Under the pieces are notes generated by a model. That model was not told the DNA's origin. It saw only the letters and a program-made list of their open reading frames with translations, and did no database searches. Positions 47,012-57,273 of a DNA stretch of 64,000 bases are shown here, one piece after another. The stretch covers positions 1-64,000 of IMG/VR virus record IMGVR_UViG_3300023105_003457, one strand, 5' to 3'. Each line of letters begins with the position of its first letter. Position 1 is the first letter of the stretch. This stretch comes from a virus. Lineage: Duplodnaviria; Caudoviricetes. A program made the position numbers and the translations under genes.

Positions 47012-47272
47012 ATGAAAACCCTAATCATACTATTCATAAGCGTTTGTGTTAACACAGACTGCGTATGGTTTGAAATACAAGATCCAGTGTTTGAATCACC
47101 TGAACAGTGCATAGAAGCAGGTGGTAGAACAGCACAAGAGTTGCAAGAAGCAATGCCTTACTCTAGTGGTGAAATACACTGTGTACCTGAAAATAGTATA
47201 GATGATTTTAAAGAATATCTTGAACAACGAGGATATAGATTAAACCCCAAAGAGACCGGCATTAAAGTATAA
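47012..47272 (+). CDS. small exported Cys-containing protein
   Basis: AGGAGG SD, hydrophobic N-terminus, C.....C...F.S.EQC...C. Confidence 0.65.
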   Translation: MKTLIILFISVCVNTDCVWFEIQDPVFESPEQCIEAGGRTAQELQEAMPYSSGEIHCVPENSIDDFKEYLEQRGYRLNPKETGIKV

Positions 47273-47425
47273 TAATAAAAACCGGTTTTATCAATTTAAT
47301 GAAGAATAAAAAACGTACCAATCCGCGTGAACGCATACGTGTTCTACAAGAACAAATACGCAAAACACTCGACACATATGACCGAGAAAGACTAGAACAA
47401 GAACTGTTCCACTGGCAACAGGTTG

Positions 47426-47647
47426 TTAATCGTAAACCTCAATCGGACTCGTGACCCAAATATAATTGTGTTCAAAACCCTGTGGTAGCATCACATAGTC
47501 TTGGTGTAGGCAACTCATGCCACCGTACTGTTCGCTTAACACAAGATCGTAATAGGTTTGTGCTTGTTCGCAGTTGCGGAATGTTCCTATATAGGTATCG
47601 CAACACTGCTCCCATGCCAGGCTCACTGTGAGTATAAACTCCAGCAT
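47426..47647 (-). CDS. small exported hypothetical protein
   Basis: GGAG SD; YIGTF.NC motif. Confidence 0.6.
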   Translation of the reverse strand: MLEFILTVSLAWEQCCDTYIGTFRNCEQAQTYYDLVLSEQYGGMSCLHQDYVMLPQGFEHNYIWVTSPIEVYD

Positions 47648-47714
47648 GGCTGTTCTCCATAATGGTTATTGGTGTGTTTATTTATTTTGTGCATACCACC
47701 TATGCTAAATACGT

Positions 47715-47765
47715 ATACGTTCAGCCACAAGGCCGGAAGTAGCATAATGCGAAGGAACGCACCTA
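47715..47765 (+). ncRNA. glutamine riboswitch (glnA-type RNA motif)
   Basis: CGTTC(P1)-a-GCC-acaa-GGC(P2)-cGGAAGTA-GCA-taa-TGC(P3)-GAAG-GAACG(P1): three-way junction with GGAAGUA and GAAG junctions; ~25 nt upstream of a start codon. Confidence 0.85.
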
Positions 47766-47787
47766 AACTTTAACCGGGGAGGGTGAC

Positions 47788-47982
47788 ATGAATAGATTCG
47801 ATCATTTACATCGAATGTACCGCGAAGAAAAACAGCGTGAACGTAAACGTAAGATCCTAAATCATTCTAGATCTGAAGTTGATATAAACGCAAATGGTAC
47901 ATCAGGATATGTTGTAAAGCACGGACCTAATGTGGGTAAGATACTCGCACATCGCAGTCCAAAGTCTACTAACAACTGGTAG
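47788..47982 (+). CDS. small basic protein under glutamine riboswitch
   Basis: GGGAGG SD; 64 aa, R/K rich. Confidence 0.7.
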   Translation: MNRFDHLHRMYREEKQRERKRKILNHSRSEVDINANGTSGYVVKHGPNVGKILAHRSPKSTNNW

Positions 47983-48025
47983 TCAAAACACAGCGTCATG
48001 CAAGTCACAGATTTTAAATACTTGT

Positions 48026-48796
48026 ATGACGCAGTTAACAGCCACACAGATTCCTATTACACAAGACCTTGACACCAATGTTGAAACATTAATTTCTCTT
48101 ATTGACAACAGTCAGGGTTTTGTGTTAACGGGTGAAGGTAGTCTAAGTGGATACTTTGCTCCTCCTGTAATTAATCAATGCAACAACTTTACAGAACTAA
48201 GCAGTGCAGAAAGATATGTAGTAGGTCACGCAACCACACAAGGTGTACATCTATTACTAGGAACTGGTTGGATGGAACCAGATGGTATGCCCTACAATCA
48301 AGTAAGGATATATCACAATGGGTTTCAAGGTGCTTATTCAAAACGTCTACTCACAACTACTCTACAAGGTGGTGGAGAACGTAATGCTTACATACCTGGT
48401 TTTTCAAATAGTGTGTTTCCTCTAAACGACAGCACACTTGCAGGAGTATTGATCTGCAACGACATATGGGCAACACCTAGTGTGAGTCCAAATGGTAATC
48501 CCTATTATGTAAATGAATATGCACAGCAAGGTGTTCGTGTATTGTTTTGTAGTGTTAACTGTAATGTAGGTGGGCGTGTTAGTTGGGATCCTGTAATCTA
48601 TACGTGGCATGAAAATCATCTACAGATGTATGCTAAAACATTTGGAATGTACATTGTGGTAAGTGGTAGCAGTTTATCAATGACTGGTGAGCCTATAGAA
48701 AAACTACAATGTCCATTAGGTATCATTGGTCCTGACGGCGAGTGGATAGAAAAACTAGAACTTGGTCAAACGTCTTGTACCACTAAAATTCAATAA
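48026..48796 (+). CDS. carbon-nitrogen hydrolase (nitrilase superfamily)
   Basis: E (GEGSLSGY), K (YSKRLL), C (LICNDIW) triad; IIGPDG; start reassigned. Confidence 0.8.
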   Translation: MTQLTATQIPITQDLDTNVETLISLIDNSQGFVLTGEGSLSGYFAPPVINQCNNFTELSSAERYVVGHATTQGVHLLLGTGWMEPDGMPYNQVRIYHNGFQGAYSKRLLTTTLQGGGERNAYIPGFSNSVFPLNDSTLAGVLICNDIWATPSVSPNGNPYYVNEYAQQGVRVLFCSVNCNVGGRVSWDPVIYTWHENHLQMYAKTFGMYIVVSGSSLSMTGEPIEKLQCPLGIIGPDGEWIEKLELGQTSCTTKIQ

Positions 48797-48804
48797 ATAT
48801 TACT

Positions 48805-49350
48805 ATGGACATGACTGGAAGACTACTAGTATCACAACCCACGAGTAAATCGGAATTCTTTAAAGAAAGCGTTATACTCTTAGTGCAACACGACGAACGT
48901 GGGGCATGGGGTATACAGATTAATAAACCTTTAGATACGTTGTCAATTAAAGATGTAATTACAGATCCTGAGGTGGGTATTACAAACGATACCAAATGTT
49001 ATCTTGGCGGACCTGTAGAGCAACAGGCAATACATCTATTGCATTCAAGTGATTGCGTTATGAGTAATAGTTTGCCTATTACAGATACGCTTACAATTAC
49101 AAGCAATGCTACAATGTTTAAAGAAATGGAAATGGGCAGAGGCCCTAGTAAATGGATTTGTACACTAGGTATGTGTACGTGGGCACCAGGACAACTAGAT
49201 GGTGAAATGAGAGGTGAACATCCTTGGACACCTCAGCATCAATGGTTAGACACTGCTATACCAAAGGATTTACTTGATAGAAATCCTCGTATGCTATGGA
49301 AAGAGTGTGTTAAAACCTGTGTAGAAAATGCTACATCAACCTTCTTTTAA
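48805..49350 (+). CDS. YqgE/AlgH (UPF0301) family protein
   Basis: G.LLVS.P....F..SVILL..HD..GA.G..INKP, GGPVE, LG...W.PGQL..E. Confidence 0.88.
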   Translation: MDMTGRLLVSQPTSKSEFFKESVILLVQHDERGAWGIQINKPLDTLSIKDVITDPEVGITNDTKCYLGGPVEQQAIHLLHSSDCVMSNSLPITDTLTITSNATMFKEMEMGRGPSKWICTLGMCTWAPGQLDGEMRGEHPWTPQHQWLDTAIPKDLLDRNPRMLWKECVKTCVENATSTFF

Positions 49351-49574
49351 CAATAAATAATAGCACAGGAGAAACCAAGTTGTATACACTAACAAGAGAT
49401 AAATCACCGCAAGGCATAATCTATTATTATGTCACCGGTCGTGCGAGTAATAAAGATCTAGAAGAATACTGGAAGACGCAGTATCCTAGTATTAAAACGT
49501 ATGCGTATACGACTGAAATTTTAGAAAACGGAGATACTAGAATTAAAGTATTTCAAACAAGATAGGAATAGACA

Positions 49575-49814
49575 ATGGCGGCAAATGGTATATCAACACT
49601 AACAACTAAGAGAGCAAGACAAGATGCTAAACTTGCTCTAGCAGAAACAGACAGAACAAATCGTAATGCTGTTGAGCCAGGACGTTATGCTGATACAACA
49701 GCAGATGCAACACAACTTCCAACTCGCTATGCTGTTGGTGATAACGACACAAACAATGTAGTTGACAATGCAAATACTGGCGGATTAAAAACTGGTAGGC
49801 CTTGGGCAACTTAA
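49575..49814 (+). CDS. hypothetical protein, possibly virion-associated
   Basis: MAANGISTL..K..RQ..KL.LA...LPT.Y...GL..GRPW. Confidence 0.65.
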   Translation: MAANGISTLTTKRARQDAKLALAETDRTNRNAVEPGRYADTTADATQLPTRYAVGDNDTNNVVDNANTGGLKTGRPWAT

Positions 49815-49817
49815 TAG

Positions 49818-50576
49818 ATGGCTAATAGAAAGCACTACGATCTAAAACAAATGGTAGCATCAGGCTACTCATCAGATCACACATTCAATCACAAGTTTGG
49901 TGCTGTACCGCAGTTAAGCATCAACACCACAGGCACAATCTGGGACGTATCTAACACACTGTATCCTTGGACGGCATTGGACACACCAGCAGTAGTAAAT
50001 GTAGAACGCAACGATGCCGCAGATAACGGATTGGTTGTCACAGTACAAGGATTAGATGCCGACTGGAACTTCCAAAGCGAAGACATCACAATCACAGGTG
50101 CAGACCAAGTAGGCACCAAACTATGGCGTAGGGTGAATAGAGCCTACGTCAGTTCAGGCACAGCCGTAGTGAACGTAGGCAACATTGACATCGAAGCAGG
50201 AGCCGCAGGCGGCACCACAGTTGCTCGTATCACAGCCGACCTTGGACAGACACTGATGGCTGTCTATACTATACCAGCAGGATACATTGGATACTTGTAT
50301 CACGGAACTATGACTGTACAGGCCAACGCAGATGCCACAGGCTTTATGTTTATTCGCAGAAACACAGTAGGCACAACCTTCCGTGTTGCTCATACCTTTG
50401 AAGTTGCTGGCGGATCACAGTATATGTACGATTTTGCTTTTCCGCCACCAATACCAGAGAAAAGCGATATTGATGTAAGAGCCACAGTTAGAAGTAATAA
50501 TGCTAGGGTCACAGCCGCTTTTGATATCTTGCTTGTCGAGAACGATCCAGAAGCACCAATTACTGATTTAATCTGA
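49818..50576 (+). CDS. hypothetical beta-rich protein, possibly structural
   Basis: KFG...TIWD...QGLD..W...MAVYTIPAG...IPEKSDI. Confidence 0.65.
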   Translation: MANRKHYDLKQMVASGYSSDHTFNHKFGAVPQLSINTTGTIWDVSNTLYPWTALDTPAVVNVERNDAADNGLVVTVQGLDADWNFQSEDITITGADQVGTKLWRRVNRAYVSSGTAVVNVGNIDIEAGAAGGTTVARITADLGQTLMAVYTIPAGYIGYLYHGTMTVQANADATGFMFIRRNTVGTTFRVAHTFEVAGGSQYMYDFAFPPPIPEKSDIDVRATVRSNNARVTAAFDILLVENDPEAPITDLI

Positions 50577-51995
50577 TTCAGTATTAATTGATTTAATAAG
50601 ATCTCTAAGTTTAGTTGATTGTGTTTTACCACTAACTTTACCTACTGTTGATCCTTCTGTTGGATCACTTCTAGTAGTTTCTTCACTGTTATCAACTGTA
50701 CTTTGTTTTTTGATGTTATTGTATATTGAAGAGCCTGTACTTGTATATGTTGATGATTGCGAATCTTCTTCTGCAAGATCACTAATACGTAAAGTATCAA
50801 TATTAAAATCTAAATCTACTTTTTGTCCTACACCACTTGAACTACGTGTTTTCATAAACTGTATTTGATAACGTCCACGTTCTTTCATTGCTCGTGATGT
50901 AAAGATACCAATCACGTTATCAGCAGTTTGAATCTTACTCAAACCACCTGAGATATGCGAATGATCAAATTCAATTTCTTCAACAGCCGCTCTGTTTAAC
51001 TGCGATGCTGTCACAAATACTGTTTGTGTTTCCATTGCTAAGTTTCTTAGTTCTTCAGATACATACTTGTCTTTAATAAACAAGTCACTCGGTGAAACTT
51101 TTCTACTCATAGGCATCAACAAGTCTAAGTAATCAATTAGTAATACATCTGCTTGTACACCGTTTTTAATTTGCCACTCTTTAACATAAGAACGTAAGTC
51201 ATTTGCAGTCTTACCACTTGGCATATATTTGATTTGAATCTTTCCTGCTTTCTTACCTTGCACTTTAACTTTCATTTCAACATCGTCAATATTTTTAAAT
51301 ATGTCACGTGTTGCCATTCCTGTTAACATTGCATCAACACGCATTGCTACAAGTTCTTCACTAAGTTCTAATGATATGTACAATACGTTCATGCCGTCAA
51401 GTGCAAAGTTAACAGCCATATTTTGTAGGAACAACGATTTACCTGCACCTGAACCACCTGCCCAAATGTTTAGTTCACCTCTGTTGAATCCACCAAACAA
51501 CTTCTTATCTAAACTTGGCCATCCTGTGCTTACTTGTCCGTTGTTGTCTTTTAGTTTCATTAGTCTTGCTCTTGGGTCTAAGAAATAATCAGTACCCATG
51601 TCTTTTGCAAGACCAATTTGGATTGCGTCTTTAATTAAACCTTCTACTGGACCATACTCACCTTTTTCAAGTAAGTCAGCACTTTGTAAAATTGCACGTT
51701 CAAGTGCTTTCTTTCTACTAAACTTTTCAAATGTATCTAATAGCCAATCGTGATGCTCTTCTCCAACATTACTTGCATCTTGTAAACCAACACCACAACT
51801 TTTGTTAACAATATCAAGTTCAGGCATAACTTTATATTCATCAACATATGTTTTAATAAATGTTGCTGTGTCTTTTAGTTTTTGGTCAAAGTTATCTGGA
51901 TCAAATATTCCTTGACAACGCACATAACTTTCTGCATTGCTTAGAAACATTTCTAAAAACAGTTTTTGTATATCTTCTTTAAATTCTTCAGCCAC
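50568..51995 (-). CDS. replicative DNA helicase (DnaB / T4 gp41-like)
   Basis: STGW..LD..L.GG, GGSGAGKS, SLELSE, IDYLDL, TASQLNR, KTRSS. Confidence 0.93.
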   Translation of the reverse strand: MAEEFKEDIQKLFLEMFLSNAESYVRCQGIFDPDNFDQKLKDTATFIKTYVDEYKVMPELDIVNKSCGVGLQDASNVGEEHHDWLLDTFEKFSRKKALERAILQSADLLEKGEYGPVEGLIKDAIQIGLAKDMGTDYFLDPRARLMKLKDNNGQVSTGWPSLDKKLFGGFNRGELNIWAGGSGAGKSLFLQNMAVNFALDGMNVLYISLELSEELVAMRVDAMLTGMATRDIFKNIDDVEMKVKVQGKKAGKIQIKYMPSGKTANDLRSYVKEWQIKNGVQADVLLIDYLDLLMPMSRKVSPSDLFIKDKYVSEELRNLAMETQTVFVTASQLNRAAVEEIEFDHSHISGGLSKIQTADNVIGIFTSRAMKERGRYQIQFMKTRSSSGVGQKVDLDFNIDTLRISDLAEEDSQSSTYTSTGSSIYNNIKKQSTVDNSEETTRSDPTEGSTVGKVSGKTQSTKLRDLIKSINTESD

Positions 51996-52007
51996 TAATT
52001 CTTTACC

Positions 52008-52991
52008 TTATTTGTTTGTATTATTATACCATAAATCTTGCGGAATGTCAACCTGTGTTTTTGTTTTGGCGAAAACAGCACCTAAACAACTGCCGGGATC
52101 GCCTGGATGTTTTGGAACGTGTATTTTCTCAAACATACCGGCTTCACGTACTTTGTCAATAGCAGGTTTGTTTAATGCACACCCGCCCATAAAACATACT
52201 TGATCATATAGGTGTTTTTCTTTTAACCAAACACTAATGCCCATAATTAATTCTTCAAATTTCTTTTGTACACTTGCCGCTAAATCTCTTACGTTAGCAT
52301 CTGGAAGCCAAGCATTTAATCCTCTATGCATATTAACATTGAATTTAATGCTAGGATATTTTATATCAAACAGTTCGTTAATCTCTTTCATATAACGATC
52401 TGGATCTCCTTCTTTAGCCATTTCAGCAATAATGTATTCATCTCTATTTGCTTTTAATCCAATGCGTTGAGTCATTGCACTGTACCACAATCCAATTGAG
52501 TGAGGATAGCCTTGACTGTGAATACGTTTGATGCGTCCACCTAGTCCGTCCCATATAGTATACGTTTCAAACTCGCCAATACTATCTAGTACAACTATAC
52601 CCCAACGAGTATTTCCTTTTGGTGCAGAGTAATATCCATATGCCGCATGACTCTCGTGATGTTTTGTAAAAGATAGTTTACAATCCTTGCTTATTCCGTA
52701 GTTTTGTAAATAATAGTTTACATTTGTATCACTGTAAGGAATACCTTGTCCTGCCCATAATTGACGCAACCATTTTAGTTTTGGATACTCGTACCATACT
52801 ATCTCATCTGGCATACCGTAAGATTCTTTTGCTACACTTACCATTGTGTAATTTAAATGAGGATCATTTTCAACGCCAGTGAAGTCTTTTGCTAAACAGG
52901 CCCATACAGGGTGTATACCTTTAAACACAGCCAAACTAGCATCGTGACTGTTTGCTACTATACCCCAACGTGTTTTATAATCGTTTATCAT
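52008..52991 (-). CDS. carbamoyltransferase (NodU/CmcH) N-terminal domain
   Basis: SHDAS, HHESHAA, DSIGEFET, PHSIGLWYSA.T, GGCALN, PGDPGS..GA. Confidence 0.85.
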   Translation of the reverse strand: MINDYKTRWGIVANSHDASLAVFKGIHPVWACLAKDFTGVENDPHLNYTMVSVAKESYGMPDEIVWYEYPKLKWLRQLWAGQGIPYSDTNVNYYLQNYGISKDCKLSFTKHHESHAAYGYYSAPKGNTRWGIVVLDSIGEFETYTIWDGLGGRIKRIHSQGYPHSIGLWYSAMTQRIGLKANRDEYIIAEMAKEGDPDRYMKEINELFDIKYPSIKFNVNMHRGLNAWLPDANVRDLAASVQKKFEELIMGISVWLKEKHLYDQVCFMGGCALNKPAIDKVREAGMFEKIHVPKHPGDPGSCLGAVFAKTKTQVDIPQDLWYNNTNK

Positions 52992-53233
52992 GATATACCC
53001 TTATACTTTTTCCAAAACGAGTGTAGTACATAAAACCATACGCCGTTAATGATAGGTTCAACAACAGCATCAACAGCCGCTAATTCAAAAGAAGCACCTG
53101 TAATTACATTATTGCTAATCATTGCAATAACAATATGTCCAAGTGTATAGATAACAGCAAGTGTAAAACTACTACCACCTATAAGTCTTTTTAGTAAATT
53201 AAAAATACCTTCTTTAAATTCTGTCATAAACAT
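52988..53233 (-). CDS. DUF2061-like membrane protein
   Basis: YTLGHIVIAM...VEPIINGVWFYVLH. Confidence 0.7.
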   Translation of the reverse strand: MFMTEFKEGIFNLLKRLIGGSSFTLAVIYTLGHIVIAMISNNVITGASFELAAVDAVVEPIINGVWFYVLHSFWKKYKGIS

Positions 53234-53347
53234 CTACTTGTATATAAAAGGATCCTTCTCCTGTAATTTTTTAAGTTTCTTTTTTAATGCTCTCTTTGAT
53301 TGCCATGTCACGTACCAAAGTTTAATTTTTATCCAATAGTGTTTCAT
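53234..53347 (-). CDS. 37-aa basic peptide ending KDPFIYK (not in ORF track)
   Basis: ATGA overlap with upstream gene; GAGG SD. Confidence 0.55.
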   Translation of the reverse strand: MKHYWIKIKLWYVTWQSKRALKKKLKKLQEKDPFIYK

Positions 53348-54108
53348 AAGTTTTCCTCGATATATTTTACGAGCAAACGACTATAATCACCGTGTGCTTT
53401 TTCTACAGGATGATGTAAAGCCATTCTATTATAATTGTTTGTTGTTGCCCATTCGTTAAAACTTTCGCCGGTTGGGTCGTAATAGTTAACAGTATCATAC
53501 ACATCACTACGTACTTCACAAGGATGTATATTATTATGAAACAAAAAGTTGCCTACATTGTTTTGTAAGTAGTTTCTTAACAATAAAATGTTTGTATACC
53601 ACTTTTCGTATTCAAGTTCATAGTCCCACATATACTTACCAAAAAAGTTTCTTGCTTGCCAGTAAGTGTCAATAAAAATTTCACCATCACCTTTTGTCTT
53701 ATTAGGAGTCACATTAGGGTTAATAAACAGTGTATCAAAGTGATTCATTTCAGCACACACTATATCAGATGTAAATTCTAATTTAAGATCTTGATCGTGC
53801 TGTACACTGTCTTTGATAGATCTAATACTAATTTCTCCTCTATTAATACTACTCCAACCTACTATAACAAAATAGTTTTTTAAATCTTCTCCTGCACGTT
53901 TAAATTCTTCTAAATCTTGAACACAACGTCTAGCAATCCATTCATTGTTTGCACCCGGCAATGCTCTATTAATACATTCGTCGTAGTTTAATTTGTTAGC
54001 AACGTACATAGGATAAGCATGGCGTTTGTTTGCTTCTGACATATCGCTGTCAGCAATACATTCGGCACCTGCTGTTAAACTGTCTCCTATTGCATATATT
54101 TTTTTCAT
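53344..54108 (-). CDS. SGNH/GDSL-hydrolase-like protein
   Basis: GDSLTAG, N.ALPG.NNEWI, GWS..R, HP...AH. Confidence 0.7.
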   Translation of the reverse strand: MKKIYAIGDSLTAGAECIADSDMSEANKRHAYPMYVANKLNYDECINRALPGANNEWIARRCVQDLEEFKRAGEDLKNYFVIVGWSSINRGEISIRSIKDSVQHDQDLKLEFTSDIVCAEMNHFDTLFINPNVTPNKTKGDGEIFIDTYWQARNFFGKYMWDYELEYEKWYTNILLLRNYLQNNVGNFLFHNNIHPCEVRSDVYDTVNYYDPTGESFNEWATTNNYNRMALHHPVEKAHGDYSRLLVKYIEENL

Positions 54109-54893
54109 AGACAGTGTTCCTTTATGTATGGCAATATTAGGTTTTTAAATTCTGTATGCACTTGCTTGTTAAAGTGTCCTTCGCGACGCATACCATAGTT
54201 GTGATGTTGTTTTGCCCATTGACTAAAACTAAACGTATCGAACTTATAGTAATGTTCGTCAAATGCTTTATCTATTAAAATGTTAGGTCTAATTTTAAGT
54301 CCTCTGTTCCATTCATGAACGTTATTATGCATAAAGTATTTGATGTTATTTGATTCACAAAAGTTCTTTACAAGCATTATATAACCAAACCATTTTTCGT
54401 GTTCTAGGTCTTCGTCCCAAAGAAACTGAGCACAAAACATTTGTGCATCGTCACCAAAATTACAAACTAGTTCACCGTTGCCGTCTTTCATCCATTTAGT
54501 AGTATTCGGGTTAACAAAGTTGGTTCCAAACATTTCAATTTCAGTTGATAGCATACCAAGTGGAGGCCATGCTCCAATCTTTTTTAAATTTTTAATTTCT
54601 TCTTTTGCTGTAATTTCTAATCTGTTAATACCACTCCAACCTACTATAACAAATACTTTAGAAAGATCTTGTCCTTCCTGTTGAAGTTTCATTAAATCTA
54701 ATACAGTTGTACGTGCAATCCATTCATTAGGCGCACCAGGCAATGCACTGTTCATATTATTTGCAATACCTAGATCATCTGTAATTTGCATTGGATAAGC
54801 ATGGTATTTGTTTTCTTCGCTAACGTTAGCATCACCTAAAATTTCCATTCCGTGTGTAAAACTATCACCACAAGCATAAACTAAATCAAACAT
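54105..54893 (-). CDS. SGNH/GDSL-hydrolase-like protein (paralog)
   Basis: GDSFTHG, NSALPGA.NEWIAR, GWS..R, GHF...H. Confidence 0.7.
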   Translation of the reverse strand: MFDLVYACGDSFTHGMEILGDANVSEENKYHAYPMQITDDLGIANNMNSALPGAPNEWIARTTVLDLMKLQQEGQDLSKVFVIVGWSGINRLEITAKEEIKNLKKIGAWPPLGMLSTEIEMFGTNFVNPNTTKWMKDGNGELVCNFGDDAQMFCAQFLWDEDLEHEKWFGYIMLVKNFCESNNIKYFMHNNVHEWNRGLKIRPNILIDKAFDEHYYKFDTFSFSQWAKQHHNYGMRREGHFNKQVHTEFKNLILPYIKEHCL

Positions 54894-54897
54894 TTTT

Positions 54898-55422
54898 TCA
54901 CCTATAATTAAACGTTATTACAAACCTATATCCAGGCTGTCTTGGACTGCTACTGCTATGATATTGTAGTCCGTTAAATGTAATTAGCGTATTTTCTTGT
55001 GGCTTAACAGTGTTTTGAACTGTGTAGTTTTTAGCCGTTGTAGGGTAAAACTCGTTGTAAAACACAGTTGGAGCATCGCTATTGTTTACGTAAAATAAAC
55101 TAGTTGTATGTTCAGTTTCAAAGTCAACGTGCGGAGAATGATATTCATTTTCTTTTTGTCCTGAATAAAATATAAATCCTACACGACAACGTATAAGTTG
55201 CTTATTATTTAAATGTTCTAAAATAGGATTTAACAAATATGCTAGACTTGGATTTTCTAATTTATTATCGTCAAACACAGTTGTACTAAACCCATATTCC
55301 ATATTTCCGCTTCCGTAAGCAACGTTATGATTAAACGTCCACGGAATAAGATTGCTAGTTAAATTTTGTTGTAGCAATAACAGATCTGTTTTTTCTAGTA
55401 CGTTTTCCTTAATATCAATCAT
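54898..55422 (-). CDS. 2OG-Fe(II) oxygenase
   Basis: PHVD, FYVNNSD..T.FY, YHSSSSP, R.VI.FN. Confidence 0.8.
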   Translation of the reverse strand: MIDIKENVLEKTDLLLLQQNLTSNLIPWTFNHNVAYGSGNMEYGFSTTVFDDNKLENPSLAYLLNPILEHLNNKQLIRCRVGFIFYSGQKENEYHSPHVDFETEHTTSLFYVNNSDAPTVFYNEFYPTTAKNYTVQNTVKPQENTLITFNGLQYHSSSSPRQPGYRFVITFNYR

Positions 55423-56419
55423 TGAAATATGTCTTTGCTACTACTTCTATTTTAAGTTTATTTGTTTCAATACTGTTTATAATTTGTTTTAGTGTATATA
55501 TTCTACCATACTTTCTAACAGCATCATTAACATCTTTTATGTCTTTATCCCACGGCGGAAAACTAACACACCAACCATAGTGCAATGCACTTTCTACAAG
55601 ATCCTGTCCTGCTTTATCTCTATCAGGAACAACAACTACTTGCCGTTGTAAACTGTTAATTAACATTGCTTGTTGATCGCTGATGTCATTACGTAGTACA
55701 GCAACACCGTCAATTGAAATAGCATCAATTGGTCCTTCAACAACAAAACAATAACGTCTATAATAGTTTTGTCTATCTAAATTAAAAACATACCCCGGTT
55801 GGCTATCTGTAATATATTTGGGGGAGCCGTCTCCTATCTTTCGAGCAGTGTATCCGACTATGTCCCCTTGATAATAGAATGGTATAATCAGCCTTGACTT
55901 ATATGAACCCTCTGGAGTCCACATAAAATCATAATCATCTACCATCAGGCCTCTGCCTAAAATATATTCAACGGCTCCTATGAATTCTGATTCTAAGTCT
56001 TCAGGTTTAACATCATCTCGTCTTAACCTGTCTGCTATTAGACTAGCCCCTGACGCAAGTTTCTTAGTTTCAAATGTTGGTGTAATAATTACGTGTTCAT
56101 CATTTGAATTCTCTTTTAATTTTAAAGCCTCAAGACTGATTCTTGTAATCTCAGAATCTGGCATACCTAACCATCCTAATAGTTTACGCATCTTATAAGA
56201 TATGTTTCTACCAGGAACATAACTGGTTGTATACCCGCAGTTAAAGCAATGATAACTTATAGTACCATCACCATTAAACATCATACCACCACGCTTACGC
56301 TTGTCTGCACCTTCGCCATTGTGTATACAGCAAGGTGCATCAAAAGAAATCCACCCACTAGGAGTTTGTTTTCTTTTCGAAGGTAATGCGGCGGTGACAC
56401 TAGATTGAATCGAATTCAT
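55415..56419 (-). CDS. DNA primase (T4 gp61-like)
   Basis: Zn-binding PCC...YHCFNCG, RLIIPF, TOPRIM VEGPIDA, PDRD.AG, KDVND. Confidence 0.9.
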   Translation of the reverse strand: MNSIQSSVTAALPSKRKQTPSGWISFDAPCCIHNGEGADKRKRGGMMFNGDGTISYHCFNCGYTTSYVPGRNISYKMRKLLGWLGMPDSEITRISLEALKLKENSNDEHVIITPTFETKKLASGASLIADRLRRDDVKPEDLESEFIGAVEYILGRGLMVDDYDFMWTPEGSYKSRLIIPFYYQGDIVGYTARKIGDGSPKYITDSQPGYVFNLDRQNYYRRYCFVVEGPIDAISIDGVAVLRNDISDQQAMLINSLQRQVVVVPDRDKAGQDLVESALHYGWCVSFPPWDKDIKDVNDAVRKYGRIYTLKQIINSIETNKLKIEVVAKTYFND

Positions 56420-56428
56420 ACTAGTATT

Positions 56429-57235
56429 TTACGATCTTACGAGGACTTTGTCAAGTGTTCCGGTGTTCGAAATGGAAGGAATATGTTTAATTCTTAGCCA
56501 ACTATATACTCCATTTACATTTATATAATTGGTTTCTGTAGAATTAGATAGTGCTACACTTTTAACTTCAACCCAATCTGTTCCATTACTAGGTTGTACA
56601 TCAAGTGTTGCTTCAACGTATAAAGTTCCGTCATATCCAGTAGTTTCATATTGGATAGTATGCAATGGGTTTGCTCTTTTAAATCTTGCATTTGCATCAA
56701 TATGACTGCTTGTGTATGTTGTTATATTTGTATCATAATCTGTAATACCACTAAACGTTGTAATACTATCGCTTTCAGTGTGCGTAGTAAAGCAGTTGTC
56801 TACAATAGCAATTCTACCACAAGCATCATGATATGTGTTCGTATATGTAGGTTTCTGAACATTATTTACTGTACGTTTGATAGAAAATCTATAAGTTTGT
56901 GATACTAGATCAACAGTATCGCTTTCGCTTAAATCTATTGTAATAACACCTTTAGTAGAACGTGTACTTCCGTCATCGACAACAGTCATCGACTTATTTA
57001 AAAACGTTGATCCTGTTTCCTTGTCTAGCAACATAAATGTGAATGTGTTTCCTGAACTAATGTCAATAGGTTTTTGGTCTTGATTTTTGACCGTAAATTT
57101 AAGGGTATTTGACACCCCCTTAAACACTTTTAAATCGCTTTGATACATAGGTGCATATCCTTGTTCTACTCCGGAGTCCAAATCACTGTAAATGGTACTA
57201 CCGGTTTCATAAATATATATTGGTACTTTGAGCAT
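56429..57235 (-). CDS. hypothetical beta-rich protein (baseplate/BppU-like)
   Basis: KGVSN.L.F.VKNQDQKP.D; Thr/Ser rich; late-type ATAAATA upstream. Confidence 0.55.
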   Translation of the reverse strand: MLKVPIYIYETGSTIYSDLDSGVEQGYAPMYQSDLKVFKGVSNTLKFTVKNQDQKPIDISSGNTFTFMLLDKETGSTFLNKSMTVVDDGSTRSTKGVITIDLSESDTVDLVSQTYRFSIKRTVNNVQKPTYTNTYHDACGRIAIVDNCFTTHTESDSITTFSGITDYDTNITTYTSSHIDANARFKRANPLHTIQYETTGYDGTLYVEATLDVQPSNGTDWVEVKSVALSNSTETNYINVNGVYSWLRIKHIPSISNTGTLDKVLVRS

Positions 57236-57273
57236 ATCATTGTGTCATCCTACTTGTATTTATATGAAAGACT

